A stretch of 64,000 nt of DNA from Candidatus Latescibacterota bacterium (GCA_965208835.1 OZ242358.1:2848001-2912000), one strand, 5' to 3'. Positions 46,963 to 57,190 are shown, numbered from the stretch's first letter. The notes: a model not told the origin generated them from the letters alone. Made by a program: numbers and translations.

Positions 46963-48396
46963 CTAGCCGGCGCCCGCGAGCGCTTCTTCCATCATTGACT
47001 GTCTTTCGCTTGATTCCGTCCAGCGCTGCTGAATATCGGGCGCCAGGCAATCGATGGGATCAAAATAGAAGAATAGCTCTCCCGGCCGCACGGTGGGACT
47101 TGCAAACACCGCGATTCCCGTTTCTTCGTTGTAATGTTCGTAGGAATGCCCGTCGCGTTTACCGCCGCCGCCCAGTGTATCGACAATGAACGTCGGCGTG
47201 TTATACCCCGCCGTCGTGCCCCTGAGCGTTTTTTCAATTTCAAGACCCGCTCGCAACGTCGTGCGGAGATCCTCGACCCCCTGTACCAGATCGTGGAAGA
47301 ACACGTAGTAGGGCTGAACATTCACGTAACTCAGCCGTTTCACGAGCATCTGCATTGTAAGCACGTCGTCGTTTACGCCGCGCTGAAGTACCGCCTGATT
47401 CCGTACCGTGACCCCCCGCTCCATCAGCAGGCCCATTGCATCCTGCGTCACGCCGGTTATTTCACCCGGATGGTTGAAGTGGGTATGCATGACCACTTCC
47501 TTGTGCATCCTGCGTCCCCGATCGGCCACATCGACGAGCGCATTCACCCAATCCACGTCGCTCAGGATCTTCCCCGGCATGACCGCCGGGCCCTTGGTTG
47601 CAAAGCGAAACCGTCGAATATGCGGAATATCCAACAGCGCCTCGCCCACCTCCCGGACCTGCGCCGCCCTGAGGTTGTAGACGTCGCCGCCGCTGACCAC
47701 GACGTCTTCCACCTCGGGGCGCGACCTCAAATAGTCGAAGACCAGGCGCCAGCGTTTCCTGTTGGCACTCAGACGGACCTTTTCCACGCCTTCCGTATCG
47801 AGCCCCACGGCGTAACTCCGCGTACAGAACCGGCAGTAGACAGGACAGGTATCCAGCGTGAGAAAGAGCGCCCTGTCGGGATAACGGTGGGTAAGTCCCG
47901 GTACGGGAGAGTCGCCCTGTTCGTTCAGTGAATCCAGGTGTAGCTCGGGGTGATCCGGCAACTGCTGCGAGGCCATGGGCAGGAACTGCGTGCGCAACGG
48001 ATCCCCGTACGGATCATCCCAGTCGATCAGGCTCAGGATATATGGTGAAATCCGAATGCTCATCGGGGCCCTGCTTAACCCTTCGCGCAGGTCTGCGAAA
48101 AAGCCCGGTCCGACGAGCCCGCCAAGTACTTCCTGCAGACCCTCCACGCTGGTTGGCGAATTGCGGGCTTGAAAGAGGTGGGAGTGAAACGTATCGGCGT
48201 CAACATTCGCGTATGCCGGAATCGTCCTCCAGAAAGCATCCCTGCGCAACCGGCGATGGGCGAATGCCGCCTCCTGATCTGCCATGCCTGCCACAGTGAC
48301 GTCGGCAACATCGACACTTGCAGTATCCATACCTGTCGCTATCCCTCTGAACCTGAGTGTTTGAATTCCACAGTCATCCCGGCGAGTCGTCTTCAC
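46963..48396 (-). CDS. KamA-family radical SAM aminomutase (lysine 2,3-aminomutase-like); start uncertain
   Basis: HRYPDR, CPVYCRFCTR, SGGD, HFNHP.EIT, NQAVL.RGVND, PYY, GGGGK (PLP Lys). Confidence 0.88.
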   Translation of the reverse strand: MKTTRRDDCGIQTLRFRGIATGMDTASVDVADVTVAGMADQEAAFAHRRLRRDAFWRTIPAYANVDADTFHSHLFQARNSPTSVEGLQEVLGGLVGPGFFADLREGLSRAPMSIRISPYILSLIDWDDPYGDPLRTQFLPMASQQLPDHPELHLDSLNEQGDSPVPGLTHRYPDRALFLTLDTCPVYCRFCTRSYAVGLDTEGVEKVRLSANRKRWRLVFDYLRSRPEVEDVVVSGGDVYNLRAAQVREVGEALLDIPHIRRFRFATKGPAVMPGKILSDVDWVNALVDVADRGRRMHKEVVMHTHFNHPGEITGVTQDAMGLLMERGVTVRNQAVLQRGVNDDVLTMQMLVKRLSYVNVQPYYVFFHDLVQGVEDLRTTLRAGLEIEKTLRGTTAGYNTPTFIVDTLGGGGKRDGHSYEHYNEETGIAVFASPTVRPGELFFYFDPIDCLAPDIQQRWTESSERQSMMEEALAGAG

Positions 48397-48634
48397 CGGT
48401 AGCGTCGCAAACGGTCAGGGCGACCGGCACCCCGTCGATCTCGGCTGCATGCAGCGTGTATCGCTGCGCCGGGGGCACTCCGCAAATCGGGAACGATTCA
48501 AAGCAAGATATGATATCATCCTTGCGAGAATTGTCAAGGGTTTTCCAGCAATGGCGGCCGTTTCCGGGAAAATCCGCTTGTTAGGGTTATTTATCCTGCT
48601 TATATTTCATAAGTTAGACAATGTCGTCTCCTTA

Positions 48635-48820
48635 GAAGCTGTTTTAAAATTCCCAGCGGTCTTCGCGCGGCTGCAAAAGCGCCGGTCGGCGTTGGTCAAA
48701 CCCACCCGTCGTACGAGATCGAGGCTGCGCTTGCTCGCCTCTCATAGGCGGGTTTTCCCGTCTTGACCGCCACTTTTTCGCTCGCGCTCGGGAACTCACC
48801 GGTAATTTTAGAACAGCTTC
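48635..48820. mobile_element. MITE-like element family C, copy 2, with perfect TTA target duplication
   Basis: TIRs gaagctgttttaaaatt / aattttagaacagcttc; TTA on both sides (48632-34, 48821-23); 24 bp shorter than copy 1. Confidence 0.85.
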
Positions 48821-48844
48821 TTAACGAAAGAACTGCCACGGACA

Positions 48845-51607
48845 ATGTCAAAACGAGCGCTTAAGTTTCTTGTTCCACTGGCCGGATTGCTTCTCGGTTA
48901 CACGTGCGTTCGCCTGGCCGTGTACTTTTATACCGACTGGCTCTGGTTTCAGAACCTCGGATTCGGGTCTGTTCTCGTCACCACGGCCCTGGCCCGCCTT
49001 CTTTCGTTTATGGCCTTTGCATCCACTTTCGCTGCCATCGCGGCTGTCAACATCGGCATCGCGCGCAAGTACGGCCGGCATACCCGCGAGATGCCGCTCG
49101 AGGTCCTCGTTGCGGACGCTGAGCCTGTACTGCCGGAACGACGCAAGCGCCAGTTCATCCTCTGGTCGGCCGCAATCGTCCTGTTGACGGCTGCAACCGG
49201 CCTGATCGGCGCAGCCGCCTGGATGCCGCTGCTGCGATATTTTTATCCGGTACAATTCGGTTTCACCGACCCCGTCTTCGCCAACGACCTCAGCTTCTAT
49301 TTCTTCCACCTCCCCGCGTACAACTTTGTACAGGGCTGGTTGGCGTTCGCCGTCATTCTCACCATCGTCCTCGTCAGTTTCTCCTATCATCAGGACCGCG
49401 CACTGCGCAAAGTGGAACGGGGCTGGTCGTCGACGCCGTACGTCCGCGCCCACCTTTCCGCGCTGACGGCGATTCTCGCGTTCATCTGCGCCTGGTGGTA
49501 TTGGCTCAAGGAATACGAAATCCTCTATTCCTTTCGAAAGGACGCGTTCTTCGGCGCGGGATATACCGACGTCCATGTTCAGGTATACGTCTACCGGCTG
49601 ATGATGGTCCTCTCCATCGTTCTCGGGGCTTTGCTGGTGTACAACCTGCGCGACAGGAAGTGGTGGCCTATCGCCTTCGGCGGCACCACCTATGTCTCGG
49701 CCATTCTTCTGCTCAGCTGGCTGTTTCCGATTCTCTTTGAACAATTCGTTGTGAAACCCGACGAATTGAGACTCGAAGAACCCTACATTCAAAGGACCAT
49801 AGAACACACGCAGCGGGCGTACGGCCTGGATCGAATCGAAGAGGTCCCCTTTCCGGCGGAGTCCGATCTGGATTTTCAGGATATCCGGAACAATCTGCCC
49901 ACCATCCGCAGCATCCCGCTGTGGGACCGCCGTCCCCTGATTGCAACCTACAGCCAGCTTCAGGAAATCCGGTCCTATTATCGTTTTGGAAGTATCGACG
50001 TCGACCGGTATGAGATCAACGGCGAATATCAGCAGGTGATGGTGGCCGCGCGGGAATTCTCGCGTGAACAAATGGCGACTCAGGGCGAAACCTGGGTCAA
50101 CCGCCACCTGGTCTACACCCACGGCTACGGGTTCTGCATGAGCCCGGCGAATGAAGTTGGCCAGGAGGGTCTTCCGGAATTCTATGTCAAGGACATCCCG
50201 CCCAATGCGTCGGTGGACATCCGGGTGGACCGCCCGGAGATCTACTATGGCGAAGCCATGCAGGACTACGTAATCGTCAACACCAGGACCGAGGAGTTCG
50301 ACTACCCCCGGGGCGACGAAAACGCATACACCACCTACCGCGGTACTGGCGGGGTACCCGTCAACTCATTTTTTCGCCGACTCCTGTTCGCCTTGCGCTT
50401 CGCCGATCCCTACCTTCTGGTTACGCAAAACCTGAAGCCTGAGAGCCGGATTCAATTCGACCGGCACATCGGCCGTCGTTTCAGGGACGAAGGACCCAGG
50501 CGGTTCCAGAAACTGGCGCCTTATCTCCGCTTCGACGAAGACCCCTATCTGGTCACGGTGAACGGACGGCTTGTCTGGATACAGGACGCTTATACCGAAA
50601 GCAACATGCACCCCTACGCGGAACCCCACGGCAGGCCCTACGTGCGGGAGGCCAACTATATCCGCAACGCCGTCAAAGCAACGCTCGATGCGTACGATGG
50701 CACGGTCACGTTTTACGTGTGGGATCCGGACGACCCGCTTATCCGGTCGTACATGGAGATTTTTCCGGACCTGTACCGGCCAAAGGAGGACATGCCGGAA
50801 GCACTGCGCGCCCACGTCCGATACCCGGCGGACCTGTTCGAAATCCAGGCTTCTCTCTACAACACGTACCACATGACCTCGCCCCAGGTATTCTACAACC
50901 GTGAGGATGTCTGGGAACCGGCCATGGAAATCTACGGGGTTTCCGAACGCCCGCGCGTCATGGCGCCGTACTACATCATCGTCAAGTTGCCGGACGCTGA
51001 CCGGGAGGAATTCGTGCTGATGCTGCCTTCCACGCCTGCCGGAAAAGCCAATATGATCGCGTGGCTTCTCGCCAGATGCGACGGTCCGAACTACGGCAGG
51101 CTTATGGTGTACAAACTGCCCAAGAAGAAGCTTGTCTACGGTCCCATGCTGATCGAACGCCGCATCGACCAGGATACCGACGTCTCACGGGAAATCACAC
51201 TCTGGAGCCAGAGGGGTTCGGACGTGCTGCGCGGCAACCTGCTCGTCGTTCCCATCGAAAACGGCTTCATCTACGTTGAGCCCCTCTACCTGAGGGCCAC
51301 CCAGAGCGGCATGCCGGAACTGAAGCGTGTACTCGTGGCGCACGGAGATCGACTCGCGATGGCCGAAGACCTTGAACGGGCGCTGATCCTGGCTTTCGAA
51401 GAACGAGAAACCATTCCGGATATTCGGCACATCCCGTCGCCGGCTTCGACGGTTTTCGGGAAGCTGAGCCAGACCGCACTCGCGCAGTTCGACACGGCGC
51501 AGTCACGCCTTCGAAGAGGTGACTTCACTGGATACGGAGAAGCCGTTGAAAGCCTTCGGAAGACCCTTCAACAACTGCGCAGCGAGGCGGAAGAAGAGGA
51601 AAGATAG
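48845..51607 (+). CDS. UPF0182-family membrane protein
   Basis: YTDWLWF..LGF, TDPVF..DLSFYFF.LP, GAGYTD, LWD, W.N.HLVYTHGYG, P.IYYGE, NYIRNAVK, YVEPLY. Confidence 0.92.
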   Translation: MSKRALKFLVPLAGLLLGYTCVRLAVYFYTDWLWFQNLGFGSVLVTTALARLLSFMAFASTFAAIAAVNIGIARKYGRHTREMPLEVLVADAEPVLPERRKRQFILWSAAIVLLTAATGLIGAAAWMPLLRYFYPVQFGFTDPVFANDLSFYFFHLPAYNFVQGWLAFAVILTIVLVSFSYHQDRALRKVERGWSSTPYVRAHLSALTAILAFICAWWYWLKEYEILYSFRKDAFFGAGYTDVHVQVYVYRLMMVLSIVLGALLVYNLRDRKWWPIAFGGTTYVSAILLLSWLFPILFEQFVVKPDELRLEEPYIQRTIEHTQRAYGLDRIEEVPFPAESDLDFQDIRNNLPTIRSIPLWDRRPLIATYSQLQEIRSYYRFGSIDVDRYEINGEYQQVMVAAREFSREQMATQGETWVNRHLVYTHGYGFCMSPANEVGQEGLPEFYVKDIPPNASVDIRVDRPEIYYGEAMQDYVIVNTRTEEFDYPRGDENAYTTYRGTGGVPVNSFFRRLLFALRFADPYLLVTQNLKPESRIQFDRHIGRRFRDEGPRRFQKLAPYLRFDEDPYLVTVNGRLVWIQDAYTESNMHPYAEPHGRPYVREANYIRNAVKATLDAYDGTVTFYVWDPDDPLIRSYMEIFPDLYRPKEDMPEALRAHVRYPADLFEIQASLYNTYHMTSPQVFYNREDVWEPAMEIYGVSERPRVMAPYYIIVKLPDADREEFVLMLPSTPAGKANMIAWLLARCDGPNYGRLMVYKLPKKKLVYGPMLIERRIDQDTDVSREITLWSQRGSDVLRGNLLVVPIENGFIYVEPLYLRATQSGMPELKRVLVAHGDRLAMAEDLERALILAFEERETIPDIRHIPSPASTVFGKLSQTALAQFDTAQSRLRRGDFTGYGEAVESLRKTLQQLRSEAEEEER

Positions 51608-51611
51608 GTCG

Positions 51612-52526
51612 ATGTCCGATGTGAACACATCAAGATGGGCCTCGCTGCCAACGGAACAACGAAATCCCGCCAGTGCGCACATCGACGAGGCGTCCACGCT
51701 GCGGATCCTCGAAATCCTCAATGAAGAAGACAGCAAGGTTCCACGGGCCGTGAATGCGGTACTTCCGCAGGTCGCTGAGGCCGTGGAGCTTGTGGTGATG
51801 GCGATGAGGAACGGCGGCCGGCTTTTCTATGTTGGTGCCGGTTCCAGCGGCCGGCTCGGCGTCCTGGACGCCGCCGAATGCCCCCCCACGTTCGGAACCC
51901 CGCAAGGGACGGTTCAGGGGATTGTCGCGGGCGGAGCCGGCGCGCTTCTCCGAGCGGCGGAACGCGCTGAGGACCGGCCGGAAGACGGTGCGCGTGAACT
52001 TCGACGACGGAATCTGTCGGAGCGGGATATCGTGGTGGGTATTGCGGCCAGCGGCGTAACGCCCTTTGTGCTGGGTGCGCTCGAGTACGCCCGGCGCAAG
52101 GGCGCGGATACCGTCTTTTTCACGTGCAACCCGAATGCGGCGGGGCAGGTGGACGCGAAAATCAGCATCGTGCCGGAAGTCGGCCCCGAAGCCATCACCG
52201 GCTCCACGCGCCTGAAGGCCGGCACCGCGACCAAGATTGTATTGAATATGATCTCGACGGCGTCCATGGTCAGGATGGGCAAGGTGTACGGCAATCTGAT
52301 GGTGGACCTGACACCCACTTGCGCAAAGCTGAACGACCGCGCCCGCCGGATTCTGATGGAAACGACGGGTCTTTCCGGTGAAGACAGCCGGCGGTTACTC
52401 GGTGCGGCCGGCGATCTCAAGACGGCAATTGTGATGTCAAAACGGGCCGTCTCGAAGGAGACGGCCCGTCAATTGCTCGTGGAGAACGGCGGCATCGTAA
52501 GGCTGGCTCTGACAGACAGAACCTGA
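51612..52526 (+). CDS. murQ: N-acetylmuramic acid 6-phosphate etherase
   Basis: TEQRNP, GAGSSGRLGVLDAAECPPTF, GPE.ITGSTRLKAGTA, G.VYGNLMVD. Confidence 0.95.
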   Translation: MSDVNTSRWASLPTEQRNPASAHIDEASTLRILEILNEEDSKVPRAVNAVLPQVAEAVELVVMAMRNGGRLFYVGAGSSGRLGVLDAAECPPTFGTPQGTVQGIVAGGAGALLRAAERAEDRPEDGARELRRRNLSERDIVVGIAASGVTPFVLGALEYARRKGADTVFFTCNPNAAGQVDAKISIVPEVGPEAITGSTRLKAGTATKIVLNMISTASMVRMGKVYGNLMVDLTPTCAKLNDRARRILMETTGLSGEDSRRLLGAAGDLKTAIVMSKRAVSKETARQLLVENGGIVRLALTDRT

Positions 52527-52528
52527 CG

Positions 52529-54076
52529 TTATTTCGCGCGAGCGGTTTTTTCTCCAATGGTACTGTAAAATGCTTTAACCATTCGATCCAGATGCAATTT
52601 CGCATTCTCCGCCGCGTCCTTGCCGATGGTGAACTCGGATTTTCCCACCAGCTTCAGACCGTGACCGTAGTCGTCGAACAAAGTTTGGCACAGCGCTTCT
52701 ATGGACACGCCGTCGCGGGCCGCGGAATCGGCCAAAACGGTTCTTGCCGCTTCCGAAAACGTCAATTCAATCCCGTATGCATCCAGGAAGCGCGCCGTAT
52801 AAGACGAGATATCCCGGTGGACAAGCAGCTGCTGCAACTGCAGCGTCGGATTTTCCACAACAGCGGCGGTAACGGTAAACGAACGGATATCGGTAGACGG
52901 AAGCGCCTTCTCGAATTTCAGCAGCGCCCGTTCACAGACACTGACCAGCGCTCGCGCACCCGTCTGTTCAGTTGACGCCTGCTCCGCAAGCCGGCGCAAC
53001 GCGGCGTCTTCGAAGTTCAAGTCGATCCCGTAGGCCAGAAAATCCCGTTTCTTTCCAAGAATGACCGAACTGGTCGGACTCTTCAGAATCTGATACAAGT
53101 CCTCGACGGAAAGCGGTTCGAGTACGGCCACGACCGGCAAACGCCCCACAAACTCAGACTCGAAGCCGAACGTGATGAGGTCTTCCGTCGTCGCCTGCTT
53201 CAAAAAGGAGACGCGGCCCGCTTCAGAGTTCAGCGGCCGATCCGTTTCGGCCTTGAAACCCAGACTGTTCCGATTGAGACGGCGCTTGATCAGATCCTCG
53301 AACCCGTTGAACGCACCACTAACGATGAAGAGTATGTTCCGTGTGTTGATTTTCTTGCGATCCATCTTGCCGCTTTGCTGATATTGCATCATGGCTTCCA
53401 TCTGTGATGCCAGATCGTGCGGCGCTTTGAGGTCCACCTCGGTCTCTTCCATCAGCTTCAGCAGGTTGCGCTGAACACCGCTTCGCGAAACGTCCGGCCC
53501 TACCAGGTTGGGGGTCGAAGCGATCTTGTCAATTTCATCCACGTAGATGATGCCGTATTGGGCCTTTTCAATGCTGCCCGCGGCCTCGCGAACCAATTCG
53601 CGAACCAGGTCTTCGACGTCCCCGCCGACATATCCGGTTTCACTGAACTTCGTCGCGTCGCCTTTGACAAAGGGAACACCGATACGATGAGCGATTAGTT
53701 TTATCAGATAGGTCTTGCCCACTCCGGTCGGGCCGATCAACAGGATGTTGTTCTTGATGTTACCCACGGAACGATGTTCGAATTCCGGATCTTCGCGATC
53801 CAGCTTCATCCGGTTGAAGTGGGTGCAGATCTTGGTGGCGAGCACTTCCTTCGCCTCGTCCTGTTTGATCACGTATTCGGCGAGAAAGGCTTCAAGTTCT
53901 TCCGGCTTCAGGTCGAAGTCGATCAATTCATCCTGCGTTTCCTCCGTACGTGGTCCTTCATTGCTCCCTTCGGCCTCGGCCTGCGGAAACACGACCTGGG
54001 CGCCGTACTTCTGCTCGATAAGGTCTTTCAGATCTTTCTGCAGTTCCTTGGGATTTACGGGTCGTTGTTCAGGCAT
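52529..54076 (-). CDS. Atypical ClpX-like AAA+ ATPase (no N-terminal Zn domain)
   Basis: K.NILLIGPTGVGKT, DATKFSETGYVGGDVE, YVDEIDKI, GVQ.NLLK, LGF loop, EFVGRLP, TGARAL; start ATG 54076 after GGAAAGGGAG. Confidence 0.88.
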   Translation of the reverse strand: MPEQRPVNPKELQKDLKDLIEQKYGAQVVFPQAEAEGSNEGPRTEETQDELIDFDLKPEELEAFLAEYVIKQDEAKEVLATKICTHFNRMKLDREDPEFEHRSVGNIKNNILLIGPTGVGKTYLIKLIAHRIGVPFVKGDATKFSETGYVGGDVEDLVRELVREAAGSIEKAQYGIIYVDEIDKIASTPNLVGPDVSRSGVQRNLLKLMEETEVDLKAPHDLASQMEAMMQYQQSGKMDRKKINTRNILFIVSGAFNGFEDLIKRRLNRNSLGFKAETDRPLNSEAGRVSFLKQATTEDLITFGFESEFVGRLPVVAVLEPLSVEDLYQILKSPTSSVILGKKRDFLAYGIDLNFEDAALRRLAEQASTEQTGARALVSVCERALLKFEKALPSTDIRSFTVTAAVVENPTLQLQQLLVHRDISSYTARFLDAYGIELTFSEAARTVLADSAARDGVSIEALCQTLFDDYGHGLKLVGKSEFTIGKDAAENAKLHLDRMVKAFYSTIGEKTARAK

Positions 54077-54211
54077 CGTCCTCCCTTTCCAGATTTGAGC
54101 CGTGAAATCGGTGCCCGACGCACGGTCAAGGGCCGTGTAAGAATACCAGGTCCGGTCAGAATTGTCAAGATATACGGCCGTTATCCGTCCCTCAAATGCG
54201 GATGTGTGCGA

Positions 54212-55939
54212 ATGAACCTCAGCTACTTTACACTGAGACGCCTGTGCGACGAACTGAACGAAATCCTTCCAGGCAAACACGTCCGGTGCGCCGCCCTGTC
54301 GGGTATGTACGACCTTGCTGTCGAAACGACCGACGGGTTATGCCTGCTGTTCTCCGCATCGCCCAACGCAGGCCGCCTGCATCGGGCACATCGGCCGCTA
54401 CCGGCGTCGGACGCCCCGCCGCCCTGGGTGGAACACCATCTTTGTAACAGTGCAATCCTCGGGATCTCTCAAATCCCGATGGAACGCGTCCTTTCGTTCA
54501 ACCTGTGCAAACGCGACCGACTGGGTGGTGAACGGCGCTATCTCATGTACGTTGAATTGATCCAGCGGCACAGTAACGTCATCCTGACTTCAGAACCGGA
54601 TCAGCGGATACTGGGGGTTCTGCGCCGGGTGGGCGGAAAGACGACCCGCCAACGGCGCATTGCTCCGGGCGAAACGTATCGTCCCCCGCCCGCACAGGAT
54701 AGAATTCCGCCCCGTGAACTCGAACCCGCCCATCTCGCCGCTGCGTTCCGGCAGCGGCCGGACCAACCCGCCCGTGCGCTCGCGGGAGCCGTTGCTGGAT
54801 TGGATGTGCTGACCGCCGAATCGCTGTTCGCGGAAACAGGCGTCAAACCAGACGTGGAACCGGCGCCCGAGAAAATTCGAAATCTGGTCAGCCTGATCCA
54901 TACCGTGTTTGCCCATCCGCCCTTTCTGGATCGACCCGAGATCGTGAGCATTCCCGACAGTCCGCCGTCTATCCGGGTACTGAACCTGCAGCGCGGCCCG
55001 GGTAACGTGGAGCAGGTATGCGAGTCGGTCAGCGACGCGATCGAACGCCTCGCCAGGATGGAGGAAGACCGAACAGACGTGGACACAGGCCGACGCGAGG
55101 TCCTCAATGTGCTGAATCGGCGCCGCGCATCACTCGAAAGCAGGATCACGCGAATCCAGTCCGATCTTGAAGATTCCGATAACGCCGAACGCTACAGAAG
55201 ATACGGCCACATCCTCCTGGCCGGGCTGCACAGATTCCGTCTCGGTAACACGTCTGTCACCCTTCCGGACGTGTACAACCCGTCCGGGCCGCCGGTGACA
55301 ATCCCGCTCAGAGCCAACAAACTGCCGCATGAAAATGCCGCCGCCTACCTGAAACGGAGCCGAAAGGTCGAAAAGGCGCGACCCATCCTCACGCGACGCC
55401 GGGAGGCCGCACGGACGGAACTGGCCAGGGTCGAAGCACTTCTGAATCGGCTCAATGAGGCCAACGGCCCGGACGATGTTGCGAAGATTCGAAACGAACT
55501 GGCCGCGACAGGATGGCTCAAGCGTCGCACTCGGAATTCGACCACCGGCAGGAACTCCCCTGGCGAAACGCATCCCAGACGTTACCGGACCTCCGACGGC
55601 TGGACCGTTCTGGTGGGCCGGAACAACGTTGAGAACGACCGTCTCACGAAGGGCGCGGCGAAGGACGACCTCTTTTTTCATGCGCAGGGATGCCCGGGAT
55701 CGCACGTCATACTCAAGCGCGAGGGAAAACCCCAGAAGCCATCCGAGACCGCGTTGACGGAAGCCGCAAGCCTGGCTGCCTACTGGAGCAAGGCCAGGAA
55801 TTCCCGGACCGTGCCCGTCAACTGCACCGAGATCCGGTACGTGCAAAAACCCCGAGGCGCCGCCCCGGGGCTCGTCAACATCCGGAATGAAGTCACGCTG
55901 TTTGTCGCCCCCCGTCAGCTCAAAAGGACCGAAACGTAG
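54212..55939 (+). CDS. NFACT / FbpA family protein, RqcH (Rqc2/NEMF) homolog
   Basis: ERV, EL..RHSNVIL, Y.PPP, ENA..Y.K..RK coiled coil, VGRNN.END.LT, FHA…PGSHV, AA.LAAYWSKAR, KP.GA.PG.V. Confidence 0.88.
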   Translation: MNLSYFTLRRLCDELNEILPGKHVRCAALSGMYDLAVETTDGLCLLFSASPNAGRLHRAHRPLPASDAPPPWVEHHLCNSAILGISQIPMERVLSFNLCKRDRLGGERRYLMYVELIQRHSNVILTSEPDQRILGVLRRVGGKTTRQRRIAPGETYRPPPAQDRIPPRELEPAHLAAAFRQRPDQPARALAGAVAGLDVLTAESLFAETGVKPDVEPAPEKIRNLVSLIHTVFAHPPFLDRPEIVSIPDSPPSIRVLNLQRGPGNVEQVCESVSDAIERLARMEEDRTDVDTGRREVLNVLNRRRASLESRITRIQSDLEDSDNAERYRRYGHILLAGLHRFRLGNTSVTLPDVYNPSGPPVTIPLRANKLPHENAAAYLKRSRKVEKARPILTRRREAARTELARVEALLNRLNEANGPDDVAKIRNELAATGWLKRRTRNSTTGRNSPGETHPRRYRTSDGWTVLVGRNNVENDRLTKGAAKDDLFFHAQGCPGSHVILKREGKPQKPSETALTEAASLAAYWSKARNSRTVPVNCTEIRYVQKPRGAAPGLVNIRNEVTLFVAPRQLKRTET

Positions 55940-55973
55940 ATTGGGCATCCAGGAGACCGGCCCGATCAGATCC

Positions 55974-56738
55974 CTACCAGATTTTCGAGTAATACACCAA
56001 TCTGACCTGCCGATCGACTTTTTTCGACCGCTTGCCATCGCGAAACAGGTTCTTGACGTCCACTTCGAGATTCAACCGCTCGGAAGGCATCCACCGCCCG
56101 CCAACGTTCATTCTCCCTCTGCCCGAGCCCAGCGAGTTGTCTTCGTTGTCGTTGATCGCAAAGTCATATTCCATTAACAGCGCAAAAATACGCTTGAACT
56201 CTACATCGGCGCCCACAAACCCCGTAAAATCCCCATCCCCGTCACCATCTTCCAGACTGCGATTCAATCCGGCGTGTACCCCCATGTCTCCTAGCGGAAA
56301 TCCGTAGTTCTTACTCGCGACCGCGTAAAAGCCCTTGGACTTGACCGCATATCGTTCCAACGTCTCGTCGTACTCCCCGTACCCCTGGGAGTGATAGCCA
56401 AGGGCGACAGCCGGAAGTTTCAACTCCTCCTCGATCACCCGGACGCGGCCGGCAACTTCCACGCGCGGATTCCACGCCGCATTACGGCTGCCCACGATAT
56501 GTTGTCCGCCGAAAGAAACCCCGATGCTGATGCGATTGTGGACGCCGACTTCGATCTGAGAGAGAATGCCGCTGTCGCCATACAACCGCAGATCCGCGGC
56601 CAGGCGGCCCGCAGGCAGCATGCCGGCAGTCGGTCCATCGACCAGCCATCGAGGTACGTTGCCCTGGGCAAGCGCCTGACCGGAAAACCCTGACCAGACG
56701 GCAAGCAAAAGCAGCAACCGCCATGCGTACCGCGTCAT
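55974..56738 (-). CDS. Exported probable outer-membrane beta-barrel protein (YjbH-like)
   Basis: Signal peptide (ALA-Q); LVD.PTAG.LP.G; amphipathic beta strands; terminal W. Confidence 0.6.
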   Translation of the reverse strand: MTRYAWRLLLLLAVWSGFSGQALAQGNVPRWLVDGPTAGMLPAGRLAADLRLYGDSGILSQIEVGVHNRISIGVSFGGQHIVGSRNAAWNPRVEVAGRVRVIEEELKLPAVALGYHSQGYGEYDETLERYAVKSKGFYAVASKNYGFPLGDMGVHAGLNRSLEDGDGDGDFTGFVGADVEFKRIFALLMEYDFAINDNEDNSLGSGRGRMNVGGRWMPSERLNLEVDVKNLFRDGKRSKKVDRQVRLVYYSKIW

Positions 56739-57190
56739 CTGTTCTCTCCGTTGTCTAGTATGATTCTGCGTGAACCGGATTCCGGAATTTCAATCCGGAT
56801 GTGCAAGGTCCGCTCGGGCAGCAGAGATCCGGCGCGTTCCGCCCATTCGATCAGGCAGATGCCGTCGCCGGCGAGATAGTCATCCCAACCCAGGTCGATG
56901 AGGGCGTAGGGATCCGGAAGCCTGTAAAGATCGAAGTGGTAGATAGATACCGGGCGGGACGCGGCGTCCCGGCCAACGTATTCGTTCACCAGGATAAAGG
57001 TGGGACTGGTCACCCGGTCCGGGACACTCAGTCCTTCACAGATGCCCTGCGCGAGGCAGGTCTTGCCGCTGCCGAGTTCTCCGATCAGCCCGACGCAGTC
57101 GCCTGGCCGCAATCGCGCGGATAACTCCCGGCCGAATGCTCGCGTCTGGTCCGGGGACGTTGTGTGGATTTCGGCCCTTGAAGTCTGCAT
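56735..57190 (-). CDS. tsaE: tRNA t6A biosynthesis ATPase
   Basis: GELGSGKT, VTSPTF, HFDLYRL, IEWAE motifs. Confidence 0.95.
   Translation of the reverse strand: MQTSRAEIHTTSPDQTRAFGRELSARLRPGDCVGLIGELGSGKTCLAQGICEGLSVPDRVTSPTFILVNEYVGRDAASRPVSIYHFDLYRLPDPYALIDLGWDDYLAGDGICLIEWAERAGSLLPERTLHIRIEIPESGSRRIILDNGENR

Noticed and set aside
10782-48820. Dispersed repeats as CRISPR repeats or integron attC sites
   Set aside because: No regular repeat-spacer array, cas gene or integrase; TIRs and target duplications fit MITEs
48848-50122. 424-aa minus-strand ORF, and similar long antisense ORFs at 2852-3769, 17231-18382, 28529-29722 and 62982-63995
   Set aside because: Fully overlap well-supported genes on the opposite strand; expected from GC-rich codon bias
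53774-54280. Apparent long overlap of the clpX-like and NFACT ORFs in the ORF track
   Set aside because: Artefact of maximal start choice; plausible starts at 54076 (-) and 54212 (+) leave a 135-bp gap
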